A program made the position numbers and the translations under genes. A stretch of DNA of 64,000 bases from Rhina ancylostomus (lineage: Eukaryota): contig JARFYF010000074.1 of assembly GCA_030265395.1 (NCBI GenBank), positions 16,769,893-16,833,892 of the forward strand, given 5' to 3'. Of this stretch, positions 48,106 to 60,525 are shown in pieces. Numbering within the stretch: position 1 is the stretch's first letter; the number at the start of each line of letters is the position of its first letter. Below the pieces are notes generated by a model. That model had not been told where the DNA came from and made no database searches. It saw only the letters and a program-made list of their open reading frames with translations.

Positions 48106-50540
48106 TTCCAACAGTTCAGCCAAATTATGATGAGCTTGAGATTTAGAAGTTTTTTATCTCTATAACTTGAAACAAAGAATTGTACAATGAATGAAATCTT
48201 TTTTTTTCTATATGAGTACTATAAGTGTACAAGTTAATATTGAGATATGAGTGCACGAAATGAATGACTTTGTCATCTTCGAAAGACCACACATGCTCTT
48301 GCTGTGATCTATCAGGCTGGTAATAAAAAATTTTGGAATAGCAACCACAGCCCGACTAATAATATGGGCTTACTACTTAAAATCTGCTATCACATCAGTT
48401 ATTTTCCTTAGAAGTATACTCGCCTTCTTGTGGCATGCTGGTTTCTGTGGAAAGAACAAAAAAAATCCTGTCATCATACTATTCATGATATTCACAAACT
48501 ACAACAAATGAACAAATATTTTTAGAGCACTGATACACTGAAACTAAATATGTTTAAGAATGAAATAGCAGTGAAGAGGCAACTATCAGTAGGTGTGAAT
48601 AACATAGTTACTTCCACAAGTTTATCAGCATAACCAGTTTTATCATATTTTGTCATTTTTATATAAAAACACAAATACAATTGAGTCTGAATTAATGTTA
48701 CCTGGCTGGTTAGTTAGGGAAGAAATTAAAGGCTTTATAGATGATGAATTTGGATTGCATATGGGAAGTTTTTTTTCCTTCCATCCCCCTCCCCCACAAA
48801 AATAAACACATGCCCAAACACACCTTTTAAGCATTTACTTCGGATTGAGGATAACTTCCACCCCAGTTCTAAAATGGATTGCAAAGTCTATGCGGGTTCT
48901 GTAGATTCTGCCACAGATGGGGCAAGAGCGACTTGACTGCACAGGAAGATCGTTGTAGAGAATCCTTCTGACATTTTACTTGGCTTTTTTTTCTTAATGA
49001 TTCAATGTTCTCACTGCCATTCCAAGTGCTCATTCCCCATTTTGAGTGATTAAGGGCCAGAAATTTTCAAGATATTTTAAGATGGTCTCTCATGCATTTT
49101 CTCTGTCCTTCTGGAAATCTTTTGCCATGAGGGATCGGGGAGTAAACTGTGGTTTCTGTGTGTCTGATTGGACCCAGCTGAGCACAATTAGAGCCTCACT
49201 GCTGGGGATGTGGACCCAAGGAAAGATTCTGATGCACACTCATGTTTTCATTCAATCTCACCTTCCCTCTCACACCTTCACTTTCACCCTCTACTTACTG
49301 CAACAAGAAACATTGGGCTTAGTCCATTGGGAATCCATGCCATGAGATGAATTGTGAGAGGCTTGCTTGTTCAGAAGAATCACTGGGATAGAATTTGTTA
49401 TCCTACAACTCAGAGCAAGGATAAGATTTGTTTTGAGTTGAATGTATTGTAGATAATATTTTAACTTTTTATTGTAATGGTGTTATAGTATCTCATGATC
49501 ATATATAGCAATAAAAATTGCAATGAACAAGTAATATTGAATTATTAAATTGCAGTAATAGCAGGTTTTATTACATTCTAAACATTAGCATGGTACTCCT
49601 GAGAGCCATTGTATGTTGTAGGCTGTGTTGTGATTTGTCATAACTAAGATTAGCATCTCTAACTCACAACAAAAATATACAGGTGAAAGAAATATTACTG
49701 AAACATTCTGTTTTTAAAGGCTGAGTCTTGCTTTCTGTTTTCCAGAGGTGGCTGTGATTTGTTAATATAAGCTTGAGCAAATGCTTAAGCAAATACTCAC
49801 ACAGCATTAATCCTCTTGAGCACCCTCAGGATTATCTGTTTGGATCTCATTGTTTTTCCCCATTGCTTCCTCTAACACTTTCTGTGCTTGTATCAGCTGC
49901 TTGGACAAGCATGTGCATATCACATAGATGACCACCACTCATTTTTTTGGCTTCAGTTTCCCTCTTTTCCCATGGGGAAATAATCTGCTTTTCACTCCCA
50001 ATTTCTTGCAGTTGCACAGGCAAGATTAGGCACTCACAATATAGTAATGGATGCAAACCAGAAGCTTATTGCATTATTCAATATCTTGGGATCCATACAA
50101 AAAGATATGAATGCCATTAGCAGATGAGAAGAAACGTACGGTAAACTGGGACAATTATTGAGTATCTTTTGCTTGAATTAGAAACGTCATGGAATTGAAT
50201 GGGAAATAACTTTCTTTTTTGAAATGTTATGCATCAAGAATTAATTAGAAAAAAATGGTCAGTGTATCCATATCAATATCACAAGTGTCACTGCTGTGGA
50301 ATATTGACAGCTTTTTATTGCAGAAACAAATTTGGCTTTTTATTGATATATTGTTGAGTGAAATCCAGATATTAATTTGTGAAAAGGACAAGAAATCTGA
50401 CCAAACATTAATATGCAAAGATGTTTCTCATGTGTAATAGGAATATAAGAAAATAACAACAAAAGGAAACTGCAGTGGGAGTGGGTCACTCAGTCCCTCA
50501 AGCCTTTTCTGCTCTTCAATATGATCATGGCTAATCTGCC

Positions 50541-51014
50541 TGTTAGTGAGTGTCCCTTTTAGATTGTGTGTGTGTGGCGTGCTTACGTTAACAGAAGGTA
50601 AAGAACGTCATGACGTTGGTGTTGTTGAAACAACCAGTCGGAGTCAGTCCGAAGGAGACAGAGGAGAAAAAGACAGAAGAACGTGAGAGAGAGAGAGAGA
50701 GACACCAGCCTGCTTGTCTTCTCTGTCGGTGGATGAGAAACAATAACTGTGACTGTCACTGTAATCCACGTATGGATTGTTGAGAGTAATCCGGTGGAGT
50801 TCACTTNNNNNNNNNNNNNNNNNNNNNNNNNNNNNNNNNNNNNNNNNNNNNNNNNNNNNNNNNNNNNNNNNNNNNNNNNNNNNNNNNNNNNNNNNNNNNN
50901 NNNNNNTAACATTTTTACTTTTATTTTACTTATTATCATAAGTAGTTATTAATAAAGTAGTTTTTAACACTTATACATGTATCAGTGTGTTTCTGTTGTT
51001 GCTGGTACGTAACA
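50541..51014 (+). mobile_element. Solo LTR (Gypsy-like) with a 4-bp TSD
   Basis: Starts TGTTA, ends TAACA, flanked by TGCC (50537-50540 and 51015-51018). AATAAA near 50951, relatively CpG-rich, inserted in an inverted CR1 tail. Contains a gap. Confidence 0.85.
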
Positions 51015-51219
51015 TGCCCCAGGCTTTAAAAAAAAGTGAACGTTCCATCAGTTGTTCGGGACAGCCTTTGCCATTTCTAATTTATACAAGCAATCTGTTT
51101 TAATATTGAAAAGTTTTAATCTTACTTTTGAGAAGACCGTCGTACACAAATGTAGAAACTTCAAACGGAAATAGGCTAAACTTTCAAGCTTTCAGTCATG
51201 GTAAACTAATTGAATATTC

Positions 51220-51950
51220 CTGCTTGTTTTTTTTCTCTGAAACCCTTTATAACTTTAGGTAACAGAAATGTATCAATTTCAGATATAAAATTAACCATCA
51301 ATTTCCATTATTGAAAGAGTAACTACTTCAGTGAAGTAAAAGCAAACTACTTCATCCCTTTTGTGAGTTGAAGTGTTTCCAAACATTGTTCCTGAACACC
51401 TTAGCTCTGTGCTTTGGAGTATACCCCCGGCCCTAGACTCCCCAACCAGCCTTTGTCTACTTCATCAATAGTCCTCCTTGTCTTGATGACAAGACCAAAA
51501 CAGTCTTAGCCCTTTCAATTTCTGCACTCTCTCCTTGCAACCTAAGCCTTGAAGTCCATGTATCATCCTGGTAAATCTATGATGGGCTCCCTCCAATATG
51601 TCATTATGCTTCCTAGGAAATAACAGGAACAGAAAATGTTGGGAATGCTCGGCAAATCAGGCAGCATCCTTGGAGAAGAAACAGTGTTTCATGTCAATGA
51701 CCTTTCCTAAAATGTGACATCCAGAAACTGCCCTCAGTACTCCAAGTGTGGTGTGTCCATAGCATACAACTTTATGTCATCACTTCCTACACGACCTGTA
51801 GTTTGTTCTATTTGATATAAAGACCAGCACTTCATTAGCTTTATTTTCTGTGCCTGCCCATGACACTGGAAATAATCTGTGTATAATGAACCCCTAAATC
51901 TCTTTGGACTGCCGCTGCTCGGAGCTTTAATCTGTTTAGAAAATAAACCT
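51220..51950 (-). mobile_element. Decayed CR1 with a nested Penelope end (about 51625-51710)
   Basis: agtactccaagtgtggtgt (rc TPHLEY); ccctagactccccaaccagc; nested gaatgctcggcaaatcaggcagcatcc. Confidence 0.65.
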
Positions 51951-52694
51951 GCTTCTTGATGTATCAGCAGTGTCGTCTTGCAGAGTGTTTTATCACTTCT
52001 GTCCATCAAAAGATTGGAAAAGTCCACACAGGGGATGTGCACATTTCCAGTAACCAGTTCAAATGTCATGGGTGATACATTGCAATCTACTTCACTCTTC
52101 CATAAGTAGATATTGGAGACCATGAGTCAACCCTAGGGCAAAGGAGGCATGGGATCCAATCAAGGGAGTAAATAATGCCACTGAACCCAAGAAGCTATCG
52201 ACTTCGGACGTGTACTAGAAATAAAACCATGAAGTATACGCTACCAGCACGATGGAGTATTTGCATATGTGAATCTCTGCTCACAGTTTACGACAAGATC
52301 TAAGCCCATATGTTAAACTGTGACTTTATAGCTATTCTTAGTCATGTATTTTGACACAGTTTTTTGATGTAATATGAATTATGTATGATTGCTTGGACTG
52401 TTTTTTTCTGGTGTGGTGCTGTTGGATTCAGATCACCATTTAATATTTTCCTCATTTACATAAGCAATCTTTTTTTGCGATGAGCTGTTCATTTCTGATG
52501 GGCCCTGGCATCCATTATCATTGTCAATATGTTGGAGGTTAGCATCTTGCAAAAGGTGAAGAGTTTTTCAATCAAAATCTTCACAAAGGACATGAGTGAT
52601 TTTCTGTTGCCAGCCATCCATTCCTCACCTGAAAGTCATGAGGGAGATATTGTAAATTGAAGGGGTACAAAAAACAACCCAGAGGTATCCCAAA

Positions 52695-53063
52695 GCAGCA
52701 TGGTACAGCAGCAGTTAGTGCTGCTGTCTCACAGTTTCAAGCACTTGGGTTTGATCCTGACATCAGGTGCTGTCTGTGTGGAGCTTGTACATTCTCCCCG
52801 TGACTGTCTAGATTTGTACCAGGCTTTACAGGTTCATTCTGTATCCCAAAGATGTGCTTCTNNNNNNNNNNNNNNNAAATTACCCCTTTGTTTGTGTCGG
52901 GGGGGAAAAAAGCAATGGGGCGTTTACAGGCGTGTGAGAGAAAATAAGTTCCAAGGGTACAGGTAAAAAGGGAAGGGGAAAGGGACTAATGGGACAGCTC
53001 TGCTAGAAGCTAGCATGAATCCAATGGGTTGAATAGCCTTGTCCTGTACTGTAATACGCAATA
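52695..53063 (+). mobile_element. V-SINE (HE1-like) with CR1-type tail
   Basis: gcatggtacagcagcagttagtgctgctgtctcacag..gggtttgatcctgacatcaggtgctgtctgtgtggagcttgtacattctccccgtgac; tail aatgggttgaatagccttgtcctgtactgtaa. Confidence 0.85.
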
Positions 53064-53199
53064 AGGTGAGCAATTTATCTGTCTGCTTGTTCTGGGTGCG
53101 TGGTTGCTCAGTTGTACAAACTGAGGTCTTGTGCTGTTTGTCAGATCCTAATTTTAGTTTTCAGCTACAGATAGGCAGGGGACATGCTATCCCGACCAT

Positions 53200-53320
53200 T
53201 GTCCAAGACTGGGAGTATCCCAGCTGGGAGTGTTCAAATGGAGTCCATCGGCTGCTAGACGATATTGAGAGGAACAGGGAGAGATTTCTTTTTCCCTCCA
53301 GCCAGGAGGAGCACAAAATC
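53200..53320 (+). pseudogene. Myb/SANT-like (Harbinger ORF) N-terminal fossil
   Basis: VHRLLDDIERNRERFLFPSSQEE resembles recalled LERLLDAVEARRDVLFPRSGRR. Confidence 0.4.
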
Positions 53321-54079
53321 TTCCAACCTGCTGCTGGCCCTGTGCACACCACCACCTGTGGGATCAGCACTTCCTCCACCCTGCCCTCCCCCCCACCTCA
53401 CCCCATCCCCGATCACCTCCAGACCTCACCTGCCAAAAGGCAGCATAAAAAATTAGCTGATATCTTACCCTCCTACAATCAGTGAACTAACTCAGGGTGT
53501 TCATTTTACCCACATGTTATTAGCAACATTAAAGTTAGCCCAGTTGAAAATGCTTAAGGCTTCCTAATAGTAACTAAACAAGTGGGAATAAAAAAATCCT
53601 CACATTAATCATTGTTATTCAGGCACTAATATTATGTTTTTCAATTTATTTTGTGGTTATTACTTTGCTTGTGCAATGTTTATTTTTGATGTTTCAATTT
53701 TCAATAGGTCATTTATTTTTGACTCTGTATTCCACAGGATATTTTTGCTGGAATGTTTGTGATACGTTAAGGAGGAATGCTTTGTGTTTTGATCATATTT
53801 CCTGTATGCTTTCAATGTTTAATGTGGGCTTGATTGTTTGGAAGCTGCTGCTTTACATTAGACTTGCTCTGCTAATGGATGTATTCCCCATCATTCTTCT
53901 TCACAGATTCTGCCTGTCACATGGAGTATTTCCAGCATTTTCATTTTTATTTCAGATTTCCATCATCCATAATATTTTGCTTTTTTTTATAATGTCTGTT
54001 ACTTTAGCCAGCTATCAAGTCTGTGTTAACTGGAGTTATTTTTATTTGGTACCTGAGCTGTGGGATTCACTAGTAATCT

Positions 54080-55520
54080 GACCATTTATTCTTTGAGTCC
54101 AATTGTGCTTGATTTGGTGGTGGCAAGCCACCCTGTTGAACCGTCACAGTCCCTGTGGCAGTGCTTTATGAAAAGTATACCTGGCTAACCAGTTCCAAGG
54201 CTTGGCCCAGAGACAATGATGAAATGGTATTCGGTTTCCAAGCCGAGAAGATTTTATCTTGGAAGGAAACTTCAAAGTGAAGGTTTTGCTGCCCTACTCC
54301 TTCGCAGAGGCAATGGACTTGATTTGGAGTGGTGCTTTTGAAGAAACGTTGGCAAGAATCTACAGTGCATTTTATGGATGGTACATATTGCAGCTACAAA
54401 GTGCCAGGATGAAGGGAGTGAACATTAAGGGTGTGGCTATAAAGTCAATCAAATGGCTGCCTTCATCTGGATGGTGTTTGGCTTCTTAAATACTCTTAGA
54501 AGCACACTCACACAGTAAAATTCAGAGTATTCCATTGTAATCCTGTGCCATCTAGGTGATGGAAGTCTCAGGGAACCATGAGGTGTGTATTCTTGACAGG
54601 ATACCCTGCCTTTGATGAACTTTTCTGGCTGCAACAATTATACAGCTTGTCCAATGTAATTTTTTGGTTATAAGTGCCTGCAAACTTGAATGTTCCCAGA
54701 CTCTGTTGCATATTGGCAAAAATGACATCATTATGGTAATGAGCTATGAATTAAATTTCATATTTTAAAATCATCAGTAAACATCCATATTTCTGTCNNN
54801 NNNNNNNNNNNNNNNNNNNNNNNNNNNNNNNNNNNNNNNNNGAGAATCTCTACGTGATGTCCTTGAGCTGAGATCAAAAGCCTCTATTTTTCTTTGTGCC
54901 AAATATGACTTATAATCAGTGGGAAGTTTTGCCCTTAGTTTCAGATGTCTTCAGTTTGATCCTCCATGACAACAAACATATTCAAATATTTCCTTGATGT
55001 CAATGACAGTCACTCTCATTTCTTTTGTCCAAGTTTGGATCAAGATTGGTCTGAAGCCTGGAGCCTCATGACGCTGGTGAAAGCCAAACTGGGCAATGGT
55101 GAGCAGAATATTGATGTTGCTTGATAGTACTGCTAATTGCTTTGCTGACAATTGAGAGCAGAGTGCTAGGGTGTTAATTAGGAGGCTTGGATTTAACTCC
55201 TTTTGAAGATAGGACTTGGGCGATTTTCCGCTTTTGTTGTTGCGTTGGAAGGATTTACCATTTGGCATAGAGAATGATAAAACACGTTCCTTCGGTATTG
55301 CAGCTGGGATGTTGTTGGATTACTAACGCCTTTGGTATATCCAGTGTACTCAACTATTTCTTGATATCACATAGAATGAATCAAATTTGTGATGATGAGA
55401 ATCACAAGAAGAGGCCAAAATAAATCATTTGCTTGCTTCTTCTGAATAAAGATGGTTACAAATATCTAAGCCTTTTGCACTGAAGTGCTTGGTTCCACCA
55501 TTTTTGAGATCACTATGATT
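54080..55520 (-). mobile_element. Decayed old L2/Crack-like LINE
   Basis: ORF 54951-55268 LLTIAQFGFHQRHEAPG..LIQTWTKEMRVTVIDIKEIFEYV (RT motifs); colinear with 16885-18600. Confidence 0.7.
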
Positions 55521-55539
55521 AATGTGTTCATGATGGACT

Positions 55540-56026
55540 GCTCCACAGGAAGTGCAATTCACAAATCAGAAACCTTCACGTAACAATTTATCTGTGAAGG
55601 TCAGGGGCATGAACTTTACACAGCCTTAGTTAGATCACAGTTGAACTACTGTGAACGTTGCTGGTCACTGCATTATGAGTGCGATGTGATTGCACTGAAA
55701 AGTGTGTAAAGGAAATTCACAAAGATGTCACCAAGACCGGAAAATTGTAATGAGTAGGAGAATCTGGATTATCTGGGGTTGTTTTCTTTGCAATAGAGGA
55801 AGCTGAAAGGACATTCAATTGAGTTATATGAACTTATGAGTGGTCTGGATAGAGTTTATGGGAAAGACCAGTTTTCATTTACAATGGGATCTGAAACCAG
55901 GAACATGTAGAGGCGTTAGAAGGGAGATGAGGAAAGCATTTTTCACCCAAAGGGTGGTGTGGGTGTGCAACTCATGTCCTCAAAGATCGATGGTGCGGGA
56001 AACACACATCACATTTCAAAAGTACG
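55540..56026 (+). mobile_element. Decayed CR1 3' fragment
   Basis: LYTALVRSQLNYC; RREMRKAFFTQRVVWVCNS. Confidence 0.8.
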
Positions 56027-56357
56027 NNNNNNNNNNNNNNNNNNNNNNNNNNNNNNNNNNNNNNNNNNNNNNNNNNNNNNNNNNNNNNNNNNNNNNNNNN
56101 NNNNNNNNNNNNNNNNNNNNNNNNNNNNNNNNNNNNNNNNNNNNNNNNNNNNNNNNNNNNNNNNNNNNNNNNNNNNNNNNNNTGATTGTTAACCTCCCAA
56201 AGGATGTCTTGGTGTTTTGGACACCAAATGCTGATGTTCACAGAAGCAATTATTATACTAATTTTATCAAACTTATCCAGGATGTGTTTCTGCCATAGAT
56301 ACAGCAGCCCATCATTTTCTTGAATCTGCTCTCTTCTGTTCTGTTTTAACCTAAATT

Positions 56358-56630
56358 GATAGAACATAGAACAGTACAGCACAGAACAGACCCATCAGCC
56401 TACAATGTTGTGCCGACATATCTATTCCCTCCTACCTACTGAACGTCCATATCCCTCTCTTTTCCTTTCATCCATATGTTCATCCAAGCCCCTCTTAAAA
56501 GCCCCAGTGAATTTGCCTTCACCATCCTATCAGGCAATGCATTCCAGGCATCCACCACTCTCTCAGTAAAAAACGTACCCCCCTCATCTGCTCTGAACCT
56601 TGCCCCTCTCACCTTAAATGCATGCCCTTT
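56358..56630 (-). mobile_element. CR1 3' end
   Basis: atagaacatagaacagtacagcacagaacag; rc GHAFKVRGARFRADEGGTFFTERVVDAWNALP. Confidence 0.9.
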
Positions 56631-56849
56631 CTTTAACGAGAACCACAAAGTCATCTCACTGCTACTTTAAATCATTCCTAAAACTCTGATTATCCAGCAC
56701 CTCCAGGATCTTCATGGTGCTAGACCGACAGATTTTGCATACAATTGGATGTTACTTCTATTAATACACCAACGTAGTTTTATCACATTTTTAGACATTA
56801 CATGGTAGTATAATAAATTTTCCAGTAAACAAGGTGAATTTCAAGGATG

Positions 56850-57065
56850 CAAGAAACAAATTGCTGGAGGAACTCAGCTGATTAAGCAGCATCAGCAGAG
56901 ACAAAAAGAAAGTCAGTGTTTCAGGTTGAGACCCTGCATCAGGACTGAGTCTCGATCCAAAACCTTGACCACACAAAACCTTTGCCTCCACAGCTGCCGC
57001 TTAACTTGCTGAGTTTCTCCAGCAGTTTGTTTTTTTGCTCCAGTTTCCAGCATGTACAATCTCCC
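56850..57065. mobile_element. Palindromic Penelope-derived element
   Basis: aaacaaattgctggaggaactcagctgattaagc ... gcttaacttgctgagtttctccagcagtttgttt; central rc cagtcctgatgcagggtctcaacctgaaac. Confidence 0.85.
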
Positions 57066-57434
57066 TGGTGACCAAATTTTAAAGGATGTGTAGAAAACAA
57101 GACCTGGTGAATTTAAAAGGAATGTGGGAACAGGCCCTTGGTGGGTTTAAAAGAAGAGTGTGAATGCTGCCTCAGAAAGTTTCAAGGGATAACTGGAAAC
57201 AGGCACCAGTGAATTTAGAGAGTTTAGAGGGACAACTGGAAATAGGATGCAGTGAGTTCAAAAGAAGCACAGCATACAGACAGTAGATTTTTGGAAATTT
57301 ACTATGCAGTAATTTTTTGTAAGTGTCTTCCTGCATGACTGAAATAGATTCAAGTGAAAATCTTGAGTTGCTATCAATTACTTGAATGAACAGCTTTGAT
57401 AAAGTTATTCCTTCATACTGGAAAAATACGTAGT

Positions 57435-57666
57435 AATAAGATAAGATTTCTTTATTAGTCACACGTTACATCAAAACATACAGTGAAATGCATCTCTTGC
57501 GTAGAGTGTTCTGGAGGCAGCCCACAAGTGTTGCCACGCTTCCAGCGCCAACATAGCATGCCCACAACTTCCTAACCCGTAAGTCTTAGGAATGTGGGAG
57601 GAAACTGGAGCACCAGGAGGAAACCCATGCAGACACGGGGAGAATGCACAAATTCCTTACAGACTG
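57435..57666 (-). mobile_element. 5'-truncated V-SINE with Rex1-like tail
   Basis: aataagataagatttctttattagtcac..gccaacatagcatgcccacaacttcctaacccg..gaatgtgggaggaaactggagcacc. Confidence 0.85.
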
Positions 57667-58669
57667 CAACAACACATTGAATAACTGAACTGACTTTCAA
57701 CAATATGCAATAAATTAGGTTTTACAATACTACCATAAGGAGTCTAAAAGAATTTGAAATATTGCAGAAATGATCAAGGTTTTGACATGTGCGTACTGTA
57801 TATTTCGATTTGGATCACCACTTCATAATGGGTCTAAGGTATCAGTCTGCATCATGATTTCATGTGTTAATGTCCTGAATGGACTTTGATCTACAATCTT
57901 CTGACTCTGCACTGGATGTTCTACCAGTTTGGAGAAGCAATATATAAAGGACCAAGCATCAATGGTTCAGTGTTGGTTTGTAAAATATTCCCACTGACTT
58001 AGATATTGAAGGTAACTGCAAGGACTTAACATGAAATTTTAAGAATGCAGTGGAATGTGCTCAGTGTTCCAACACAACTCACCTCTTTGAAAGGCCTGTA
58101 GTTTACCTGGTTTTCAGCTAAACACACAATGGGAGTTGGCAATTTGCATACACAGTTATAGGATATATGATGAGAGAGAATTTTCAGATGTGTCCAATGT
58201 GCCTTTTAAGAATGTCTAACCGGTTCCCTGCAATTCAAACATAGTTTCATTAAAGATGTTACATTTAGATGCATTGAGGAACAAAAACAGTTCTGAAACA
58301 AATGCACATTTGTAGAAGCCTTATTGTATCCATGGATGAACTTGTGATGATCTTTGACTGAACAGAGAGATTACAAATCCATTATTGGTTCATTTAGAGT
58401 CAGGTTCTGTCTTTAAAAGAAATCTCTTTGGAATATGAATTCAGGCCGGATATATGAAAGGCTAAAGTAATGGCCTGTAGCATTATTCTGGAGATGTAGA
58501 AATACAAAGACTAACATTGTTGATTACCCTGTTCATCTAAGCAGGAAAGAAAAGGATATGCATATGTTTTTGGGATAAGTATATGACATACTTTTCTGTT
58601 GTCAGACCACTTTTCACACAGATTTATTTGAAAAGTGTTTTTTAGAATTATTGTTGAAGTGTGCACAGT

Positions 58670-59725
58670 ACAGCCAACTGGAAAGTTGGGCAGAGCAATG
58701 GCAGATGGAATTTAATCCTGAAAAGTATGATGACGTGCATTTTGGAAGGTCAAATAAGGGTAAGGTAAATGATGGAGACCCAGGGACCATTAATAAACAG
58801 AGACATCTTGGGGTACAAGTCAATAGATCCCTGAAAGTGGCAGCACATGCAGACAAGATAAGATATTTATTTATTAGTCGCATGTACATCGAAACATACA
58901 GTGAAATGCATCTTTCTGCATTACTGAGAATGTGCTGGGGGCAGCCCGCAAGTGTTGCCACTTTCGCAGCGCCAACATAGCACGCCCACAGCTCCTAACC
59001 TGCATGTCTTTGGAATGTGGAAGGAAACCAGAGCTCCTGGAGGAAACCCCGCAGACACAAGGAGAAGCTACAAACTCCTTAGAGACAGCAGTGTGAATTG
59101 AACCCGGGTCGCTGGCACTGTAATAGCGTTACGCTAACCGCTACACTACCGTGCCACAAGGGTGGTGAAGAAGGCATGTGGGATGCTTGTTTTCATTAGC
59201 CGTGGCAGGGAGTATAAGGATAGGGAACTCATATTAGAACTTTATAGAACATTATTCAGGCCATGCCTGGAGTATAGTGTGCCATTCTGGTTGCCATATT
59301 CTAGAAGGATGTAATTCTGCTGGAGCGGATGCAGAGGAGATTCACTTGGATGTTTCCTGGATAGAGCATTTCAGTTATGAGGAGAGAGTGATTAGGCTGG
59401 GTTTGTTTTCCCTGAAGGAGAGGAGATTGAGGAGTGAACTGCATAGAGGTGCACAAAATTATGAGGATTGTTAGTAAGAATCATTTAGTTTTCCAGTGGT
59501 TGGCTATCTAAATCAAGAGGGCATGGGTATAAGGTGAGACTTTGGAGAGTATCTGAAGGGGAATTTGTTCACACAGAGAGTGGTTGGATTTGGAGCGTTC
59601 TGCCTGAGGAGGTTGTGGAGTCAAGTATCTACTCGAGAATTTGAATCACCAAGGCATAGAAGGTCATGGTCAGCATGGAAATGGTGGGCTGAAGGACCTG
59701 TTTTTTGTGCTGTACACCTCCATGA
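58670..59725 (+). mobile_element. CR1 3' half split by a V-SINE
   Basis: QLESWAEQWQMEFNPEKYDDVHFGRSN..LGVQVNRSLKVAAH, resuming at 59156 with VVKKACGMLVFISRG..SYEERVIRLGLFSLKERRLR. Confidence 0.9.
58858..59155 (-). mobile_element. Full-length V-SINE with Rex1-like tail and 5-bp TSD
   Basis: Head rc ggcacggtagtgtagcggttagcgtaacgctattacagtgccagcgacccgggttcaattc; ACAAG at 58853-58857 and 59156-59160. Confidence 0.9.
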
Positions 59726-60339
59726 CTCAAACTAAATTGCTCCAATCAATGCATCCTTATACTGGCAATGTTATTAAAGCTTTTATTGAGGTGTTTTCCA
59801 AGACGATCAGTTTATGGATTACTGTGAGGTGAAGTTTCAGTTTGGGCAATATTCTAGATTGCACACATCATGGGCCAGATCAAGCTGACTGACAGATGTG
59901 GAGGGTTTGGACATTCAATTCTCTATATCTGGTTAAGGTAAGTGCAGGCAGGCACTGCAATTGATGCTTCTGAACAGCTGGCAGGATCCAGTAAGATCTG
60001 GCCCTTATTTTTCTTGGTATATATTTCAGAAAAGATGCTTGATGATGGTCTTCATGCCATGGGTTCCATCCCAAGACTTGAAGGTCAATGTGTACTTTCC
60101 TGATGAAATCATTGAGTCTTTGTAAATAGCTGTTATTAATTTGCTGCAGTGGACCCAAAGTAATGACCTAGATTACATGGTCTATGAAATAATGCTGCTT
60201 ACCACTGACCTTGAAGAAGGGTGCCCACAAAGATCTGTCAAACTCTGGGATGTGATTTTCTTTTTCCCCTTTTCTGACAACAGTTGCTGAAAGGCATCAG
60301 TTCTGGAGAATGCTTGGCATCCAACAGCAATTAAATTGC

Positions 60340-60525
60340 TAACAGAGCAGAAAATGTTGTTAGGCAGCATCTTTTGGGGTTGATGATATTGCATTAGTTC
60401 TGATGAAAGGTCACTGATCTGTAATGTGAGCTCTTCTCTCTTCACAGTTTCTGCCTGACTTGCTGAGTATTCCTGGTGTTTTCTATTTTACTTCAGATTT
60501 TCAGTTTCTGCAGCATTTTGCTGAA
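60340..60525. mobile_element. Palindromic Penelope-derived element (degenerate)
   Basis: cagaaaatgttgttaggcagcatc..gttctgatgaaaggtcactgatctgtaatg..ctgcctgacttgctgagtattcc. Confidence 0.65.

Noticed and set aside
59085-59155. tRNA-like sequence with A and B boxes
   Set aside because: It is the head of a V-SINE, continuous with the V domain and tail, not a tRNA gene.
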